A stretch of DNA of 63,659 bases, counting the filler, from Reticulomyxa filosa (Eukaryota > Protista > Foraminifera): NCBI GenBank assembly GCA_000512085.1. It is 16 parts of 16 records of this genome, joined end to end, with 100 filler letters (N's around TTAATTAATTAA, not from the genome) between each part and the next. Parts side by side here need not be neighbours in the genome. Positions count along the whole stretch, not along the records: positions 46,904 to 52,695 come from ASPP01005847.1; positions 52,796 to 54,750 come from ASPP01021166.1; positions 54,851 to 57,979 come from ASPP01011890.1; positions 58,080 to 60,648 come from ASPP01033493.1; positions 60,749 to 62,100 come from ASPP01016766.1; positions 62,201 to 63,659 come from ASPP01020987.1; 10 more parts are not named here. One strand, 5' to 3'. The notes under the pieces are model-generated. The model was not told where the DNA came from. It did not search any database and saw only the letters and a list, made by a program, of their open reading frames with translations. How positions within the stretch are numbered: the first letter of the stretch is position 1; the number at the start of each line of letters is the position of its first letter. The position numbers and the translations under genes are program-made. Below, in pieces: positions 51,658 through 63,659 of the stretch.

Positions 51658-53139
51658 GAAACACAAACGAGCGTTCGTTTTCTTGTAATTTTTTCGTGTT
51701 TTTCCTGTCTTTTTTAAATAAAAATTGAACTAACTGGCTAAAAACATGTTATCTATATTATTACTTTTGATTTGGAGACTGTTATCAATTTTTTATCGTG
51801 ATATTTGTAACAAAATTATATTACTTATTCTCATTTTGATTTATCATTTGGACTCACTTTCGTGCTAAATACACATAAAAGATTGTCCAAAACATAAAAA
51901 AAGTTGATTAAACAATTATAACATTCCAAAGATTATTAAAAAGACGTTTATCATAACAGCATTTTTGTGCGTTTTGCACATTTTTGCTTTTTGATACAAA
52001 TACAAAATAGACATTCAACATTTACTATTGTTACTGTAAAATTAGTTTTAATTTTGTGCAAATGTGACTGTTGTGTTGACGCGTTTTGTCCTTCTCTCAA
52101 TTGGATCATTCAGCTTTTGAAAAGAAGCCAAAGGAATAAATTAAAATAGAAATTTCAACACAATTATTTTGAATTTGCATTTTATAAATCTAACATATGG
52201 ACAACTATATCTAATTATTAAGATTAAACAGACATCAATTTCTATCAATTCCAATCTTTTCTTTTGTGGAAGGTTGTGTATTTTACTACTTTTTAATCAC
52301 AAATTTGAAAAATCGATTTTTAACATAAATTTCGTTAACAAAACTAATCATTTTTAAAATGCAAATTTTATTCATTTAATATAAAAAGTGTGTTGCATGT
52401 GATGATGTCGGGTACTATAATTAAATTTCAAACTTTTGTTTATTATGCAAAAATACGCACAATTATTGCCCAGGTCAAGGGCATTTTATTCATATAATTT
52501 TTTTTTTTTTTTGTATAATCATACTGATCGCATAAAGAAAAGATAGGCCATTTGTACCCTATTTATGTAACATGAACAACACTTCTTTTTTTAAATTTTA
52601 ACAAAATTCTTTTTTTTCATCTTTAAAAAAAAATTGATTTTTAGTTTTCTGATAACATATTTTGCATGACAGAATGATATAACAAATTTACAGTGNNNNN
52701 NNNNNNNNNNNNNNNNNNNNNNNNNNNNNNNNNNNNNNNTTAATTAATTAANNNNNNNNNNNNNNNNNNNNNNNNNNNNNNNNNNNNNNNNNNNNATTCC
52801 TGAATAATTGAATCCATATTTCACAGAGCAATTGAATAGACATGCCACGATATTTCCTATCTAACCTGATGGAAGCTCAATCATTTGTCTTTCTGGTGTT
52901 TTTGTGTTTTCTTTTGAGTACTGTGTTCTATTTCTTAGAACAAGGTGCTATCTTAACTTGAAAGACCTGAGTTTGTGCAGGTAACAAATAACATTGGCCT
53001 TTTCGGGCCTTTAGGGGCTTTTCATTGATTTCCGGCCTTTGTAGGCCTTTTCGTTAGTTTTTTTTTGTTTTTTTTTTAGATGGGGGCGTGTCAAGTGTCG
53101 GACTACTCTCTCGCTTCATCCTCAACTTGCACTTCTTTT

Positions 53140-53430
53140 TGCCCTCTCTGCAATTCTTTGTATTCGTTCCAATCGTTTCTTATTGATCTACTGCACCATT
53201 CCAAAATGCAGATGTATACTCAAGACTTGGACGGATGACGGTCTTGTATAATAGATTGTAAGTGGACAAACTTGGCCTAATTCCTTTTTATGAACATAAG
53301 TAAGTCAAATAACCAAGTTTCCTTGCTGTCTTGCCATAGACATAATTGACATTCTTGGAATAAGTCATATGAGAATCAAGGAATAATCCAAGATACTTCA
53401 CATGATCACATTCCTTTAAATTTGACTCAA
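53140..53430 (-). mobile_element. Non-LTR retrotransposon (LINE) ORF2 relic, RT thumb region
   Basis: LKECDHVKYLGLFLDSHMTY...YNLIYKTVIRPSLEYTSAFWNG...KKRLERIQRIA with an in-frame stop and a frameshift. Confidence 0.85.
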
Positions 53431-54099
53431 ACTTTGTTGTAATAACACTAGTCGGTCGCTCATTTTATTAACATCACTTGTAAATATTGATATCCAACCA
53501 TCTTTATATGATTTGGAAAGCAAATAATTGACAAGGTAGATAATCGAAAATTAACATAGTTTGACAATTTTCAATATATTCTTTGACCTTTATAATTTTG
53601 ATATTTCAATAGAAAAATTTATTGAAAAATATTTTTTAAGTGAACAATATTTATTTATTTCATTCAAATATCTAATAATTTATTCTGTTTTTAACAATTG
53701 ATTAATCAAAGAAAAGCATTCAGATCTAACATTCAGTTTTTTCTTTTATAAACCAAAGCTCAAGCATTTTTTCATCTTCGCAAAATTTATTTCATACTTT
53801 CAGTGTCAACTTTGCACTCTGTAAGTCGCATTTGAGGAGTCCCAAGGGGTTGGACGACCCAAAACAACATTTGTGTGCTTCTTTGGGTTTGTGGACACGA
53901 TAAGTCGCCTCGCGCTTTGAAGCCAAAAATTTGCTTTTTTTTAAAAAAAAAAATATTTTTTGAAATGATCGCCATGCCTCAATGGGAGATGTATTTTGGA
54001 CATTGTGCCCATTCCCTAGTGCGCTGGCTGTTTGCCCCTGTTTTTTGGCTTTTGACTGCCAATGATTATGAAGGGGCTTAATATTATTTTTTTTTTTTA

Positions 54100-54750
54100 G
54101 ATCCAAATCATTATTCATCACTGGATTAGAACACTGCACATCAAATTTGAATGGTCAAAGATTTTGACAACTCGTTGTTAGTTCATTTGTTTCTTTTTCA
54201 TTTTATCAATCAAAATATTTAAATATTTATTTAACATAGATATATATCATCTTCATGTTTGACACATTTCGTTTATTGATTATTTAACATTTGATAATTG
54301 TCAACTCATTTGTTCTGGAAACAGTTCGTGTATGGGATGTTGATGACAATAAACAAATTCAATTATTCAATGGACATTCAAGCTGTGTGAAATTTTCATC
54401 ATATCATTATCATGACAATCGTCAAAATGTCATTTGTTCTTCATCATTTGACAAAACAATTCATTTTTGGGATTTCAAGCATAATGAGCAATTATAAATA
54501 TTCAATGGACACATGGGTGTTAATGGAATTGAATTTTCACAATTTAATGGTGGTAGATATTTGTGTTCTGAATCTGGTGACAATACTATTCCTTTATGTG
54601 ATGTTGAAACATCAAAATTATTACATGTTTTCAATGGACATAAAGATGGTGTTTGTTGTGCTGATGTTTCAACATTACAAAGCAATAATAACAATGATAA
54701 TAATAATAATATGAGTAATATTGGTGTGATTGGTGGAAATGGATATACAA
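54100..54750 (+). pseudogene. WD40-repeat protein pseudogene (expanded lineage-specific family)
   Basis: IQIIIHHWIRTLHIK, an intron, TVRVWDVDDNKQIQLFNGH..VICSSSFDKTIHFWD..L*IFNGH..GGRYLCS.SGDNTI..NIGVIGGNGYT; deletions and an in-frame stop. Confidence 0.85.
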
Positions 54751-54914
54751 NNNNNNNNNNNNNNNNNNNNNNNNNNNNNNNNNNNNNNNNNNNNTTAATT
54801 AATTAANNNNNNNNNNNNNNNNNNNNNNNNNNNNNNNNNNNNNNNNNNNNCTTCAAATGTCAGAAATAAAAAGTTTTTTTTTTTTTTTTTTTTTAAAATT
54901 GTTATTATTATAAA

Positions 54915-56247
54915 GACAGAGACGTCCGCCAATATCATTGCCTCCAATTCTAACTCCAATTCTAACTCCAATTCCAATTCGAATGCAAACACGAATATAA
55001 ATACCAGCAATACAAATACCAAGCAAGCAAATGACAACTTGGATCTGACAAGTGGCTCATTGCTGAACAATTGGACGGACAAAGAGATCATTGACAACTT
55101 GCGTGCTGTGGATTGGAAGGATTGGTTTCTCACTCTCAATGAGTTGGAGCACGAGCAAGCGTCTTTGGACACTAATGGCGAGTCCAATTACCAGCACTAT
55201 TTGAAGTCCATTCTTACCAGAAAAAGTTTGGCCGAATTACCCCCTGCTTTTTTCTCCTCCTCTTTTTCGTCCTCTTCATTGACTGCTGCTTTTCCTAACA
55301 ATGATCCTCCCGTTCGAAATGTACGAAGCAACAGCACAAAAAAGCACTGGCTCCCTTCTTTTTTTGGAAAATCAGAGTCAAATGACTCCAAAACGGACTT
55401 GAACTCCAGTTTAGGAAGCTACAACTACAGTCTAAGCAACAGCAATGGCACTGAGTACAGCCTCGGCTTGACCCCTGGCAACAGGACTGTCCTCAGCGAC
55501 TTTCTCAGCGAATCCGGTACTTGTATCGATCTCAGTAACTCACGTCTTCATCGACTTTCTTCCACTTTGAAATCCAAATTGAAACTTGCTCTCGTTTTCC
55601 AAGGACAAATTTGCCAACATCCTGAGCTCACCCATTTCCACATCTTTGAAAATCCAAAATGCCCTTTGTCACGTTTGCTGGAAAAGATTACCAGTTATAT
55701 ATATATGTACATATATATATGTACATATATGTATATGTATATATATATATATGTACATATATATGTATATGTACATATATATGTACATATATACATATGT
55801 ACATATATGTATATGCCTCTGTTTTTTTGTTGTTTTTTTTTTCTTATCTTTCTTCTTTCGTCTTCCATGATTTGAATAGAACTAAACTTAAATTATAATA
55901 ACTTAACATTGAGCGACATGACATGGATCGCGGAAATCTTAAGCAGTAAGTTTTGCTTGATTCGTTGGGTTACGCTGAGAAAATGCGATAGCATTTCTCG
56001 TGAACACTTGAACGAGTTTATTCGAGTGTTTACCAATGCTCGATCTTATGTGAGCAAAATGAATTTGTGGCGTTTAGAAAAAATCGTCATCGACTGTCCC
56101 AAACTAAACAGTGACATCAAAAACATCTTTCGTCACGATCTTTTGAAATGCACAAATGTTCAGATCCTTTGCATTGATAACAATGTCTACAAGAGAAATG
56201 TTGAAAAGAATGAATGGAATTGGGTTCACACTATTGTCGACATTTAA
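54915..56247 (+). CDS. 3' part of a hypothetical protein (S/N-rich, possible LRR-like C-terminus), 2 exons
   Basis: ORF 55039.. up to an intron at ~55693-55879, then the 55909..56247 ORF ending in TAA. Confidence 0.55.
55694..55815. repeat. Intronic TA/TG/CA compound microsatellite
   Basis: Run of tatatatgtacatatatatatgta... units. Confidence 0.9.
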
Positions 56248-57041
56248 AAACACAGTTTTTTCCTTTTTGCTCTTGATCGCTTTGTTTCGATTTTTTTTTT
56301 TTTTTGAGAGTGGAAAAAAAGGCGTCGTTCACAAATTCAGTTCATCAAAAAAAGGGAGGTTATACCATTTCAAAATTAAATCAATTAGGCGTTTAATCTT
56401 AGCCATTTTTGCTGCATGAAGGGCTTTTGTCTGCGTTTGTCAAATGGATATCGCACAACTCTCTAACAAAGACTGGCAAATTCTTTAATAAACTTGAGTT
56501 TGCTATACTCTTTCTATTTATATTCGAGCGTGAAGTGGCTGTACCGTAGATGTTACCTTTCATCAACCAAACCAATCTCTTTTTCTACCAAACGTTTAGT
56601 CGATAACTGTCTAAGAGATTTTAAAAAATTAGAAAGAATTTTTGCCAATATAAGAATGGTTGGAAAAATGATTTAGACAAAGTGTCTTCAATTTGTGATG
56701 CAATTGAGTATTATGTTCAATATTGTTCCACTATGAGATTTTGGCGATTTGTTCAAACAGGATAATCTTGAAATTTTATTCCATAATTATCCAATCTTTG
56801 AAAAGTATTTAATCCTATTTTGTTTTATACTCCGACTTTTGCTTAGTGTTCAAAATAAAGAAAAACTCAAAAGATAGGCCATTAGCATAGTTGTGTAATT
56901 TGCATTATAACAAATCACACAAAAAACAAATTTGCTTTAGGAATGAAATTAAAAAAAGAAATTTATTTTATTTGATGGCTTAGCATACGTTTTGACTTAT
57001 CATTTGTTGTATTTTTTGAGTGAAAAGGGATAAGAAAGGTA

Positions 57042-57945
57042 ATGGGCAATAATACTTCAAACTCTGTTGAGAAACGAAGGAAAAAGCATTTCCCTTTAAA
57101 ATTACAGAGCTTTTCAACAGGTTGGAAATTGACAAAGGAACATATAAAGGAAATTGAACAAGCATTTTCTCGTTATCGCTTACAAGACGTATTGACCATT
57201 TTTTTGTCATTACTTGGTGAACATGACAACTTTCGCATCTATTATCGTCTGACGCGTCCAGATCTTTGTGATATGAATTTTGATAATTCACTCTCAACAA
57301 ATTATCCAATATCTGCAGACTGGATTAAGTTTATTCAACTATTTTGGACGAATATTTTGTTTAGCATTATGGCCATACTCCAAGTAATTTTAAAAAAAAC
57401 AAATAAAATAAAATGAGAATAGGCAAAAAGCAATATATACAATAACAATAGTGGGGGAACCAGGTTGTGGCAAGTCAAATTTAGCGTATCGAATGGCAAC
57501 AGGTAAATTTGTAGGTAGCTGTGATCCAACGATTGAAGAACTATTTCGAATACAGATTCAATTGGATAAAAATAATGACTGTTCCATTGATATTTTGGAT
57601 ACTGCAGAAATGGAAGAATTTATTCCATTGAGAGAAAATCCTATCGATGAGGGTAGCTGTCTTGTCATTGGATATAATTTATGTGAAGCAAACTCACCAA
57701 ACAAAACAGTTGAGAAGTATTTAAAAAGGTTCGAGCACAAACAAGTGACCGTAATTATTGTCGGATTGAAAGGTGATTTAAGAGATAATTTCGAAAATGA
57801 TAACACTAATTTTGATTATATTATTAATTTGTGCAAACAAAAAAATATTTGTTATGTTGAAACTTCAGCCAAAGATAATATCAATATACAATTTTTATTT
57901 CAATTTGCTGTTTATAACATATGGTTTGATTCTTTTAAGGATTGA
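57042..57945 (+). CDS. Divergent Ras-family small GTPase with N-terminal extension (MG myristoylation-like start, no CAAX)
   Basis: G1 GEPGCGKS, G2 DPTIEE, G3 DTAE, G4 LKGD, G5 ETSAK. Upstream exon starts MGNNTS; a phase-compatible intron 57329-57422 is possible. Confidence 0.75.
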
Positions 57946-59749
57946 AATGTCTTTTTATTGTTATTTAGAAAAACAACAANNNNNNNNNNNNNNNNNNNNN
58001 NNNNNNNNNNNNNNNNNNNNNNNTTAATTAATTAANNNNNNNNNNNNNNNNNNNNNNNNNNNNNNNNNNNNNNNNNNNNAAAAAAAAGTTGTGTTTAAAA
58101 GGGATAACACGAAACTTTATTTTTATAAAATGGTTAACATTATTGGACAGCTATTTATTTTTAATTTTCTAAAAAAGCAAATGAAAACTACAGCAAAAAT
58201 TTAATCCCTTGCGTTTTTTTTGAAAGAAGATTTGAATAGTTAGTTCGACTCTGTTGCTTGTTCTTTCAAGTGGTCCTTTGTTTTTCGCATCTGGAGGTTC
58301 AGATGTTCTTCAAAGAGAAGATTTAAAAATAAATAAATAAATTTTTCTTTTTTAATTGTTTTTAACAAAATTATAGGAATAAGCAATTATTGTCAACAGA
58401 ACAATTCAGCTGTGAAATCTTCAATAGACACAAAGAATAAACAATTGAATTGTACAAGTTTTACTATTTAGACGTCAGCGGGACTTTTTTTAATATCTGT
58501 TTTGACTATTAATTTCAATATTCTTAGAAGGAAGTAAATCAGGCAAGACAGATAATAATTGAATCTCCAGGACAAAAAGGGGCTTGAGGATTTTATGCTT
58601 ATGAATAGTTTAGTGTCAATGTTTTCCAACTCCACCGCAAATGCAAACAAGAAAGCGCAAAAGATGAAGAATATTGTATAAAATTATTTCTTAAAAACAA
58701 AATTGACTCAAGATTGTCAACAATTACTTCAAAATTACATCTTTAACACAAGCAAAAAGAAAAATCTTATGAGTCTTCTATTTTATTATCAACTATAAAT
58801 TTTAATTTAATTTTCAATTATCTATAGTTAATCTATTTTTGGAAATACAAATAAAAAATGAAATAATATAAAAAAATTTGAATTATTTTTTGTCAAAAAT
58901 GTGAAAATATTCACAAAAAATGCAAATTTATATCTTTTTTATAAATATTTATTAGTTGTGCATTTGTGTTTTACTTAAGAAAAAAGGTACTTTTTTTTTT
59001 CTAGTTGTCTCTTCTATCTAGTACCAATCCGTAATTAGGGTGATAATCGCCTTCTTAGCAACACACTGGTATGCCTTCTTTCTTTTTTAAATTCTTTTTC
59101 AACTTAAAAAAGTTATTTTGTTTTTTTGAACAGACCACAAACTCTGAAAAAAAAAATGTCTTTTTATTTGGATGGTATTCATTCTTCACCAAGAGAAAAA
59201 ACAAAAGTGAATATGGGGTAAGGTCCCCCGTCTCCGCAAGGAGTATAAATGGTTTGTTATATTTATTTATTATATATTTTTTTGACATAATTAATGTTGT
59301 TTTTTTTTTATTAACAGCCGTAACCAGTCTATTCACAAAAAAAAATTATATGTCAACTCCAAACTCACACAAAGAAAAATTCGGGGTTGAAGACACCTTG
59401 TTGCAAAAAAAAAAAGAGTTTTATCTTTTATTTTTTTATTTTGTATTTTTGCTTATATGGAAAATTTGGTTGAAAAAAAAAGAATAGAAAGAAAATGGAG
59501 TGAAAAAAAGGGGTAATGTGAAAAACTTTATTAAGAAAAATGAGGAAAAATTAAAAATAAGATAAAAAAAAGGATCAAAAATGTTGGAAAAGAAAAAAAA
59601 AAGACAAAAATGAAAAGAAGATAGTGAAAAAAAGGAAAAAAAGATTAAAAAGAGAAAAAAAATAGAAAAAAGGAAAAAAAACGTAAGAAAAATGAAGAAA
59701 AAATGTGGATATTATCCACAAAACTTATAAGATATGCGCATGAGCGCAA

Positions 59750-60648
59750 TATTCAAAGGAAAAGGTAATGTCGTTCGCGACAAGAACGACATTGATAAAG
59801 TGGCTTTGGCAGTATCAGCGACAGTGGAATTATTGGATTGGATTGCAACATTGATAGCTCAATTGAAGTGATGGTGACGATTTGGCAAAGAGTATATTAT
59901 CACGGATTTTGACAAAGAGACATTGGTCTGACTAATGTTGGATGATTTTGCGTCAAATGTCACTGACGGTACAGTCAATGGCAATTCTTAGTTTATGACA
60001 CATCAACATCGAGGCTTTTTCGTGTCGCCAAAGCGTCTCATGCAAGTGCTGTCATCAAGTCCGACACAGAGTCGTTGTTCAAAAAAGAAGAAGAAGCGAG
60101 CGGAGAAGGGGTTATCACATTGATCGAGTAGTAGCAGTTCCACGAATGAAGAGAAAAAAAACCCAAATCAATCAAACTAGCCGATGTGAAGTACAACTTG
60201 GGCAAGCATTAGACACAATTGCAACAAGAATTGATGAAACATCTAAAGGTTGACGATCATATGCTGCTGATGCGAGGACGGATAGATAGGTAAAGTACAT
60301 CGATCATGTGAGCGACGAATCATAAAATAATTGGCATTGAAATGGATTCATAACATATCAATAAACGCAATGGCAAAGGGCCCTTTTACTGCCGTCGGTC
60401 GCTGGTATTTTACAAAGCACTCCGAAATCGTCGAAATTGATCCAAGCAGGCTGCTATATGCTTAATAATTTCGACAATCACAAATCCAATTGCAGCGACA
60501 TAAGCAAATCATCCGCCGCGAAAACGTTTTTGAGAAAAAATTACGCTCCGACATTGGATTGGGCCGATTGCAAGATTTAACAGATGCCTTTAAATTCAAC
60601 TATCATTCGGTCGAAAATTGGCGACATGGTCAGACGCACGAGTCGAGC
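59750..60648 (+). pseudogene. RasGEF-like (REM plus CDC25) pseudogene
   Basis: SATVELLDWI, FMTHQHRGFFVSPKRLMQVL (REM-like), EIVEIDP, LQDLTDAFKF (CDC25-like); numerous stops. Confidence 0.45.
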
Positions 60649-60913
60649 NNNNNNNNNNNNNNNNNNNNNNNNNNNNNNNNNNNNNNNNNNNNTTAATTAA
60701 TTAANNNNNNNNNNNNNNNNNNNNNNNNNNNNNNNNNNNNNNNNNNNNACTATAACAATGTCATATGACCTTGTTTCGATCACACGTACAAACCCAATAG
60801 TAATCTTCTCTTGTAAAGAGCACATAATACATATTATACAATATATACATATATGTATATATTGTATAATATGTATTATGTGCTTTTTTTTAAAATTTTA
60901 TTTAAAGACAAAC

Positions 60914-61387
60914 CATCTTTTGGGGTTTCGCTTGCTTTCAGTCGCAATTGTGCAATTTCATTTTTTAACTCTGCTACTTCCTGTTCGATCACATTATGCA
61001 TGCGTTTTATGTACCCCTTGTGCGCACTTGTTTGTGTCCCCTTTTTCTTGTTTCTGTTTTGGTCTTGGGAGAGTGTGTTTTGTTGGGGAAATAAAAAAAA
61101 AAAGGACGGGGGTAAGACACAGGAAAAGGAGATCGCCATTACTTTTGTATGCTTTTCTTCTAGCTTGCTTATCAAACTTCGAAACTCGCTTTCCATCTCC
61201 GTCATGCGTTTGCTCACTGTTTCGAATTCTTCCATTTTTGCTTTCTATGTCAAAAAAAAAAAAGTGCAGCTCGTAACGCCACAGTCAAACGAATCGTTTG
61301 TTCAACTAAAAATAAAGCAACACAAGCACCAGTTGGATACACAACTATTGTTTTGAGTGTCTGCTCGTCTATTTGTTGCTGCGTCAT
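60914..61387 (-). CDS. Hypothetical coiled-coil protein, 5' exons
   Basis: MTQQQIDEQTLKTI..., MEEFETVSKRMTEMESEFRSLISKLEEKH, IEQEVAELKNEIAQLRLK, separated by short probable introns. Confidence 0.45.
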
Positions 61388-61640
61388 CTTTTCTTTTTTT
61401 TTTAAAAAAAAATATGATATATTAAATGGATTATTGAAGAAAAGAAAGTTCCTTCTGTGTCAACCCCTTCAAAAAAATACAGTTTGTTGCCGTGAAGAAC
61501 AACAAATTCACAAAACACACAAAAATTTGGAATAATGCATTGAATAACAAATGGGAAAAAAAATTTTGGGATACTTATTTGTTTTTTTTTTTAGTTTGAT
61601 TGTGTTGACAATACCATATACACTATTTTTTTATTTTATG

Positions 61641-62060
61641 TTACAAGAGGAGGGAAACAGCCAAAGCGACATAAGACCCAATAAAAATGCCAAGCACAAG
61701 TATAAAGGACATAAGATTGGCGGTCAATTCTTGCTCAAAAGTTTCGACTAAAGAATTGATCCAAATGAAACATAGACAACAAAAATGCCCATTGGTGAGA
61801 GAAAATACGAACATGGCAATATAGGCAACAATGTCATTTTGCCACCAGCCTTGAAACATGGCAAGGAACAAAGGATAAAAAAGTAGTCTCAATAAGCAAG
61901 CAACCCATAAATTTTGATGGGTGAATTTGAAGGAAGTCCAGCTGGCTACAAATTGTCTTCCGACGTAATCTCCAATATTGAACAATGTCACCAAAATCAC
62001 AGGCATCCAACTATTGTCATTAATGATGGAATATTGAGATTCTATTCCAACTGTCAATCC
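61641..62060 (-). CDS. Equilibrative nucleoside transporter (ENT/SLC29) C-terminal exon
   Basis: LFNIGDYVGR, LLRLLFYPLF, FSLTNGH, final TM LVLGIFIGS. Confidence 0.88.
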   Translation of the reverse strand, partial: GLTVGIESQYSIINDNSWMPVILVTLFNIGDYVGRQFVASWTSFKFTHQNLWVACLLRLLFYPLFLAMFQGWWQNDIVAYIAMFVFSLTNGHFCCLCFIWINSLVETFEQELTANLMSFILVLGIFIGSYVALAVSLLL

Positions 62061-62799
62061 TTGTTAATATAAATATATATGTGTATGTGTATGTGTATGT
62101 NNNNNNNNNNNNNNNNNNNNNNNNNNNNNNNNNNNNNNNNNNNNTTAATTAATTAANNNNNNNNNNNNNNNNNNNNNNNNNNNNNNNNNNNNNNNNNNNN
62201 CCTTCTTCCCCAGCCATGGGGTGGTTGTTCACGTCGCGATCCACTGTGCCTGTGTCTCCTTTTTTTTTTCCCCCCCCATCGAGATCAGTGCCTTGGTCAT
62301 CGTCTCGTCATTCGTCGTCCGCCCGACCACACATGCAAACGCGGCACGACCTTGTTGGGATTGGCCACGAAAAGACTCATCCCACAGCTATTCGAAAAGA
62401 GCGTCATTCGATGGACAGTTTATTCTCCAAAGATGGAGGCAGTCAAAGTCGGAGTGTGAGTCCAAGTCAGAGCCATAGTCCGAGTCACAGTCCAAGTCCA
62501 AGTCAAAGCCAAAGGGACATAAGTCGAAGACACACGTTTTGACGGCGATCACTTCGCAGATGAGTTTGCTCGTGCAATGCGCTACGAATTAAAACGGAGG
62601 AAAGATTCGAACATCTTCCTCGCATTGAAATCGAGTTAATGCCGAGCACAAATGAAGTGGAAACAGATCAGGATGTCCTTTGCGCACTGTCGATGACGAT
62701 GTGCGTTCTTCTATTTCTTCTCCAAGAAGAAAGTAAAAGTAAAAAACAAACAATGAAAACAAACACAAAAAACAACTCCAACAAAGAAACGAATGCACT

Positions 62800-63468
62800 C
62801 AGTCGACTTGTCACATCACGATGCACTAGTATTTGAAAATTGACAAAAAACATCAACAACGTCTTAGCAGGACAGAACCAAAGGCATGTGAAAGCATTCT
62901 TCAATGAAAACTATGCAACACTATCTCAAGTCAAATTCTGCCTTGTGGTGTATCGTTCGAACATGCCAACTGATCTCCTTCATATTCATCCTGACAAAAG
63001 AATTGTATCTTTGAATTCGAAACATTCGACTGACCCTTTTGTTTGAAATGGTATTTTACAAATACCCACCATACAACCACGAATGCTTATTCGAATTTGA
63101 TAGTACAAATGATTATATTCAATTCAAAAACAAGATTTGGATTCAGCAAAGAGATATTTGGAATTTGGTTCAAACTATTACCAACAAGAAACTCCAATTT
63201 TTAGGTGCGTTCTTTTATTTGTGATGGTAACACCAAAACTAGCGACTTTTTAAAATATAAATTCACTTTACAGGAAAAGTATATTATCACCTCATTTATG
63301 ATCCCTCTTCTGTCATTTATGGCCCTTTTGCATGATAGTTCTGGTATTGCGTTTGTACATTCGTTGCCAAAGACTGCTCAAAATATCGTTGTTGCTTTGC
63401 TTCAACGTTATCAACAACAAGAAGAAAAGAAATTAGCAGACAGTACTGACTTAAAATTGAAAGAATAA
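62800..63468 (+). pseudogene. Frameshifted hypothetical coding region
   Basis: Consecutive overlapping plus-strand ORFs 62840..63046, 63039..63224 and 63205..63468 in different frames, without obvious introns. Confidence 0.3.
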
Positions 63469-63659
63469 ATCAATGCATCTTTCATTGTTTCAATATCACA
63501 ACATGTACACATGCGAACATTTTCCTACAAATGCAGACCTAGCAGCACTCATTCTTCAATTTTGTTTCCTTCTAAACTATACGTCAATTCTTGCTGGCAT
63601 CCGTTGTTTGCCTTATTTAATGCGTTTGTACTTTGTTTAAGAAGTATTATTTCTCTTGT

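Noticed and set aside
53816-53925. TGTAAGTCGC... resembling an L2/SINE 3' stem-loop
   Set aside because: Only a short match, with no complementary stem or tail repeat following it.
57042-60648. Ras GTPase next to RasGEF as a linked signalling module
   Set aside because: They are on different contigs separated by the spacer at 57980-58079.
7284-62200. Recurrent TTAATTAATTAA palindrome flanked by N runs, as a biological repeat or array
   Set aside because: Fixed 100-bp format with stops in all six frames: a synthetic contig spacer. ORFs ending in X...LIN are artefacts.

Overview
This is not one continuous locus. It is about 16 unrelated contigs of an AT-rich, intron-containing eukaryote joined by 15 artificial 100-bp spacers (44 N + TTAATTAATTAA + 44 N), so adjacency across spacers has no meaning. 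Two lineage-typical gene families (WD40 repeats of the 'ICSGSDDKTVRVWDVDNNKQIQ.FNGH' type and RING/TRAF-like Zn fingers of the '[13 protein letters not shown]...FICLICKQ' type), short GT-AG introns and many pseudogenes suggest the foraminiferan Reticulomyxa filosa or a relative (inference). Recognisable genes: CHMP2/VPS2, a CHD-family chromatin remodeler, a 7TM protein, LRRC9, DDX49/DBP8, strumpellin (WASHC5), RPL10A, a divergent Ras-like GTPase and an ENT nucleoside transporter fragment. Pseudogenes include PSMA5, WD40, RasGEF-like and tandem type-II membrane protein families. The most notable structure absent from the ORF track is a Tc1/mariner family: a near-perfect 163-bp hairpin MITE with TA target-site duplication (3141-3303), a related internally deleted DD34E element with long TIRs (40700-41606), and two further transposase relics. 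There is also a LINE RT relic and an unexplained inverted/direct repeat pair. Other candidates are a PARP-like fold inside LRRC9, a Cys/His module in the CHD tail, and a non-canonical myristoylated Ras. No rRNA, tRNA or CRISPR was seen, and no clearly novel multi-gene system is supported.
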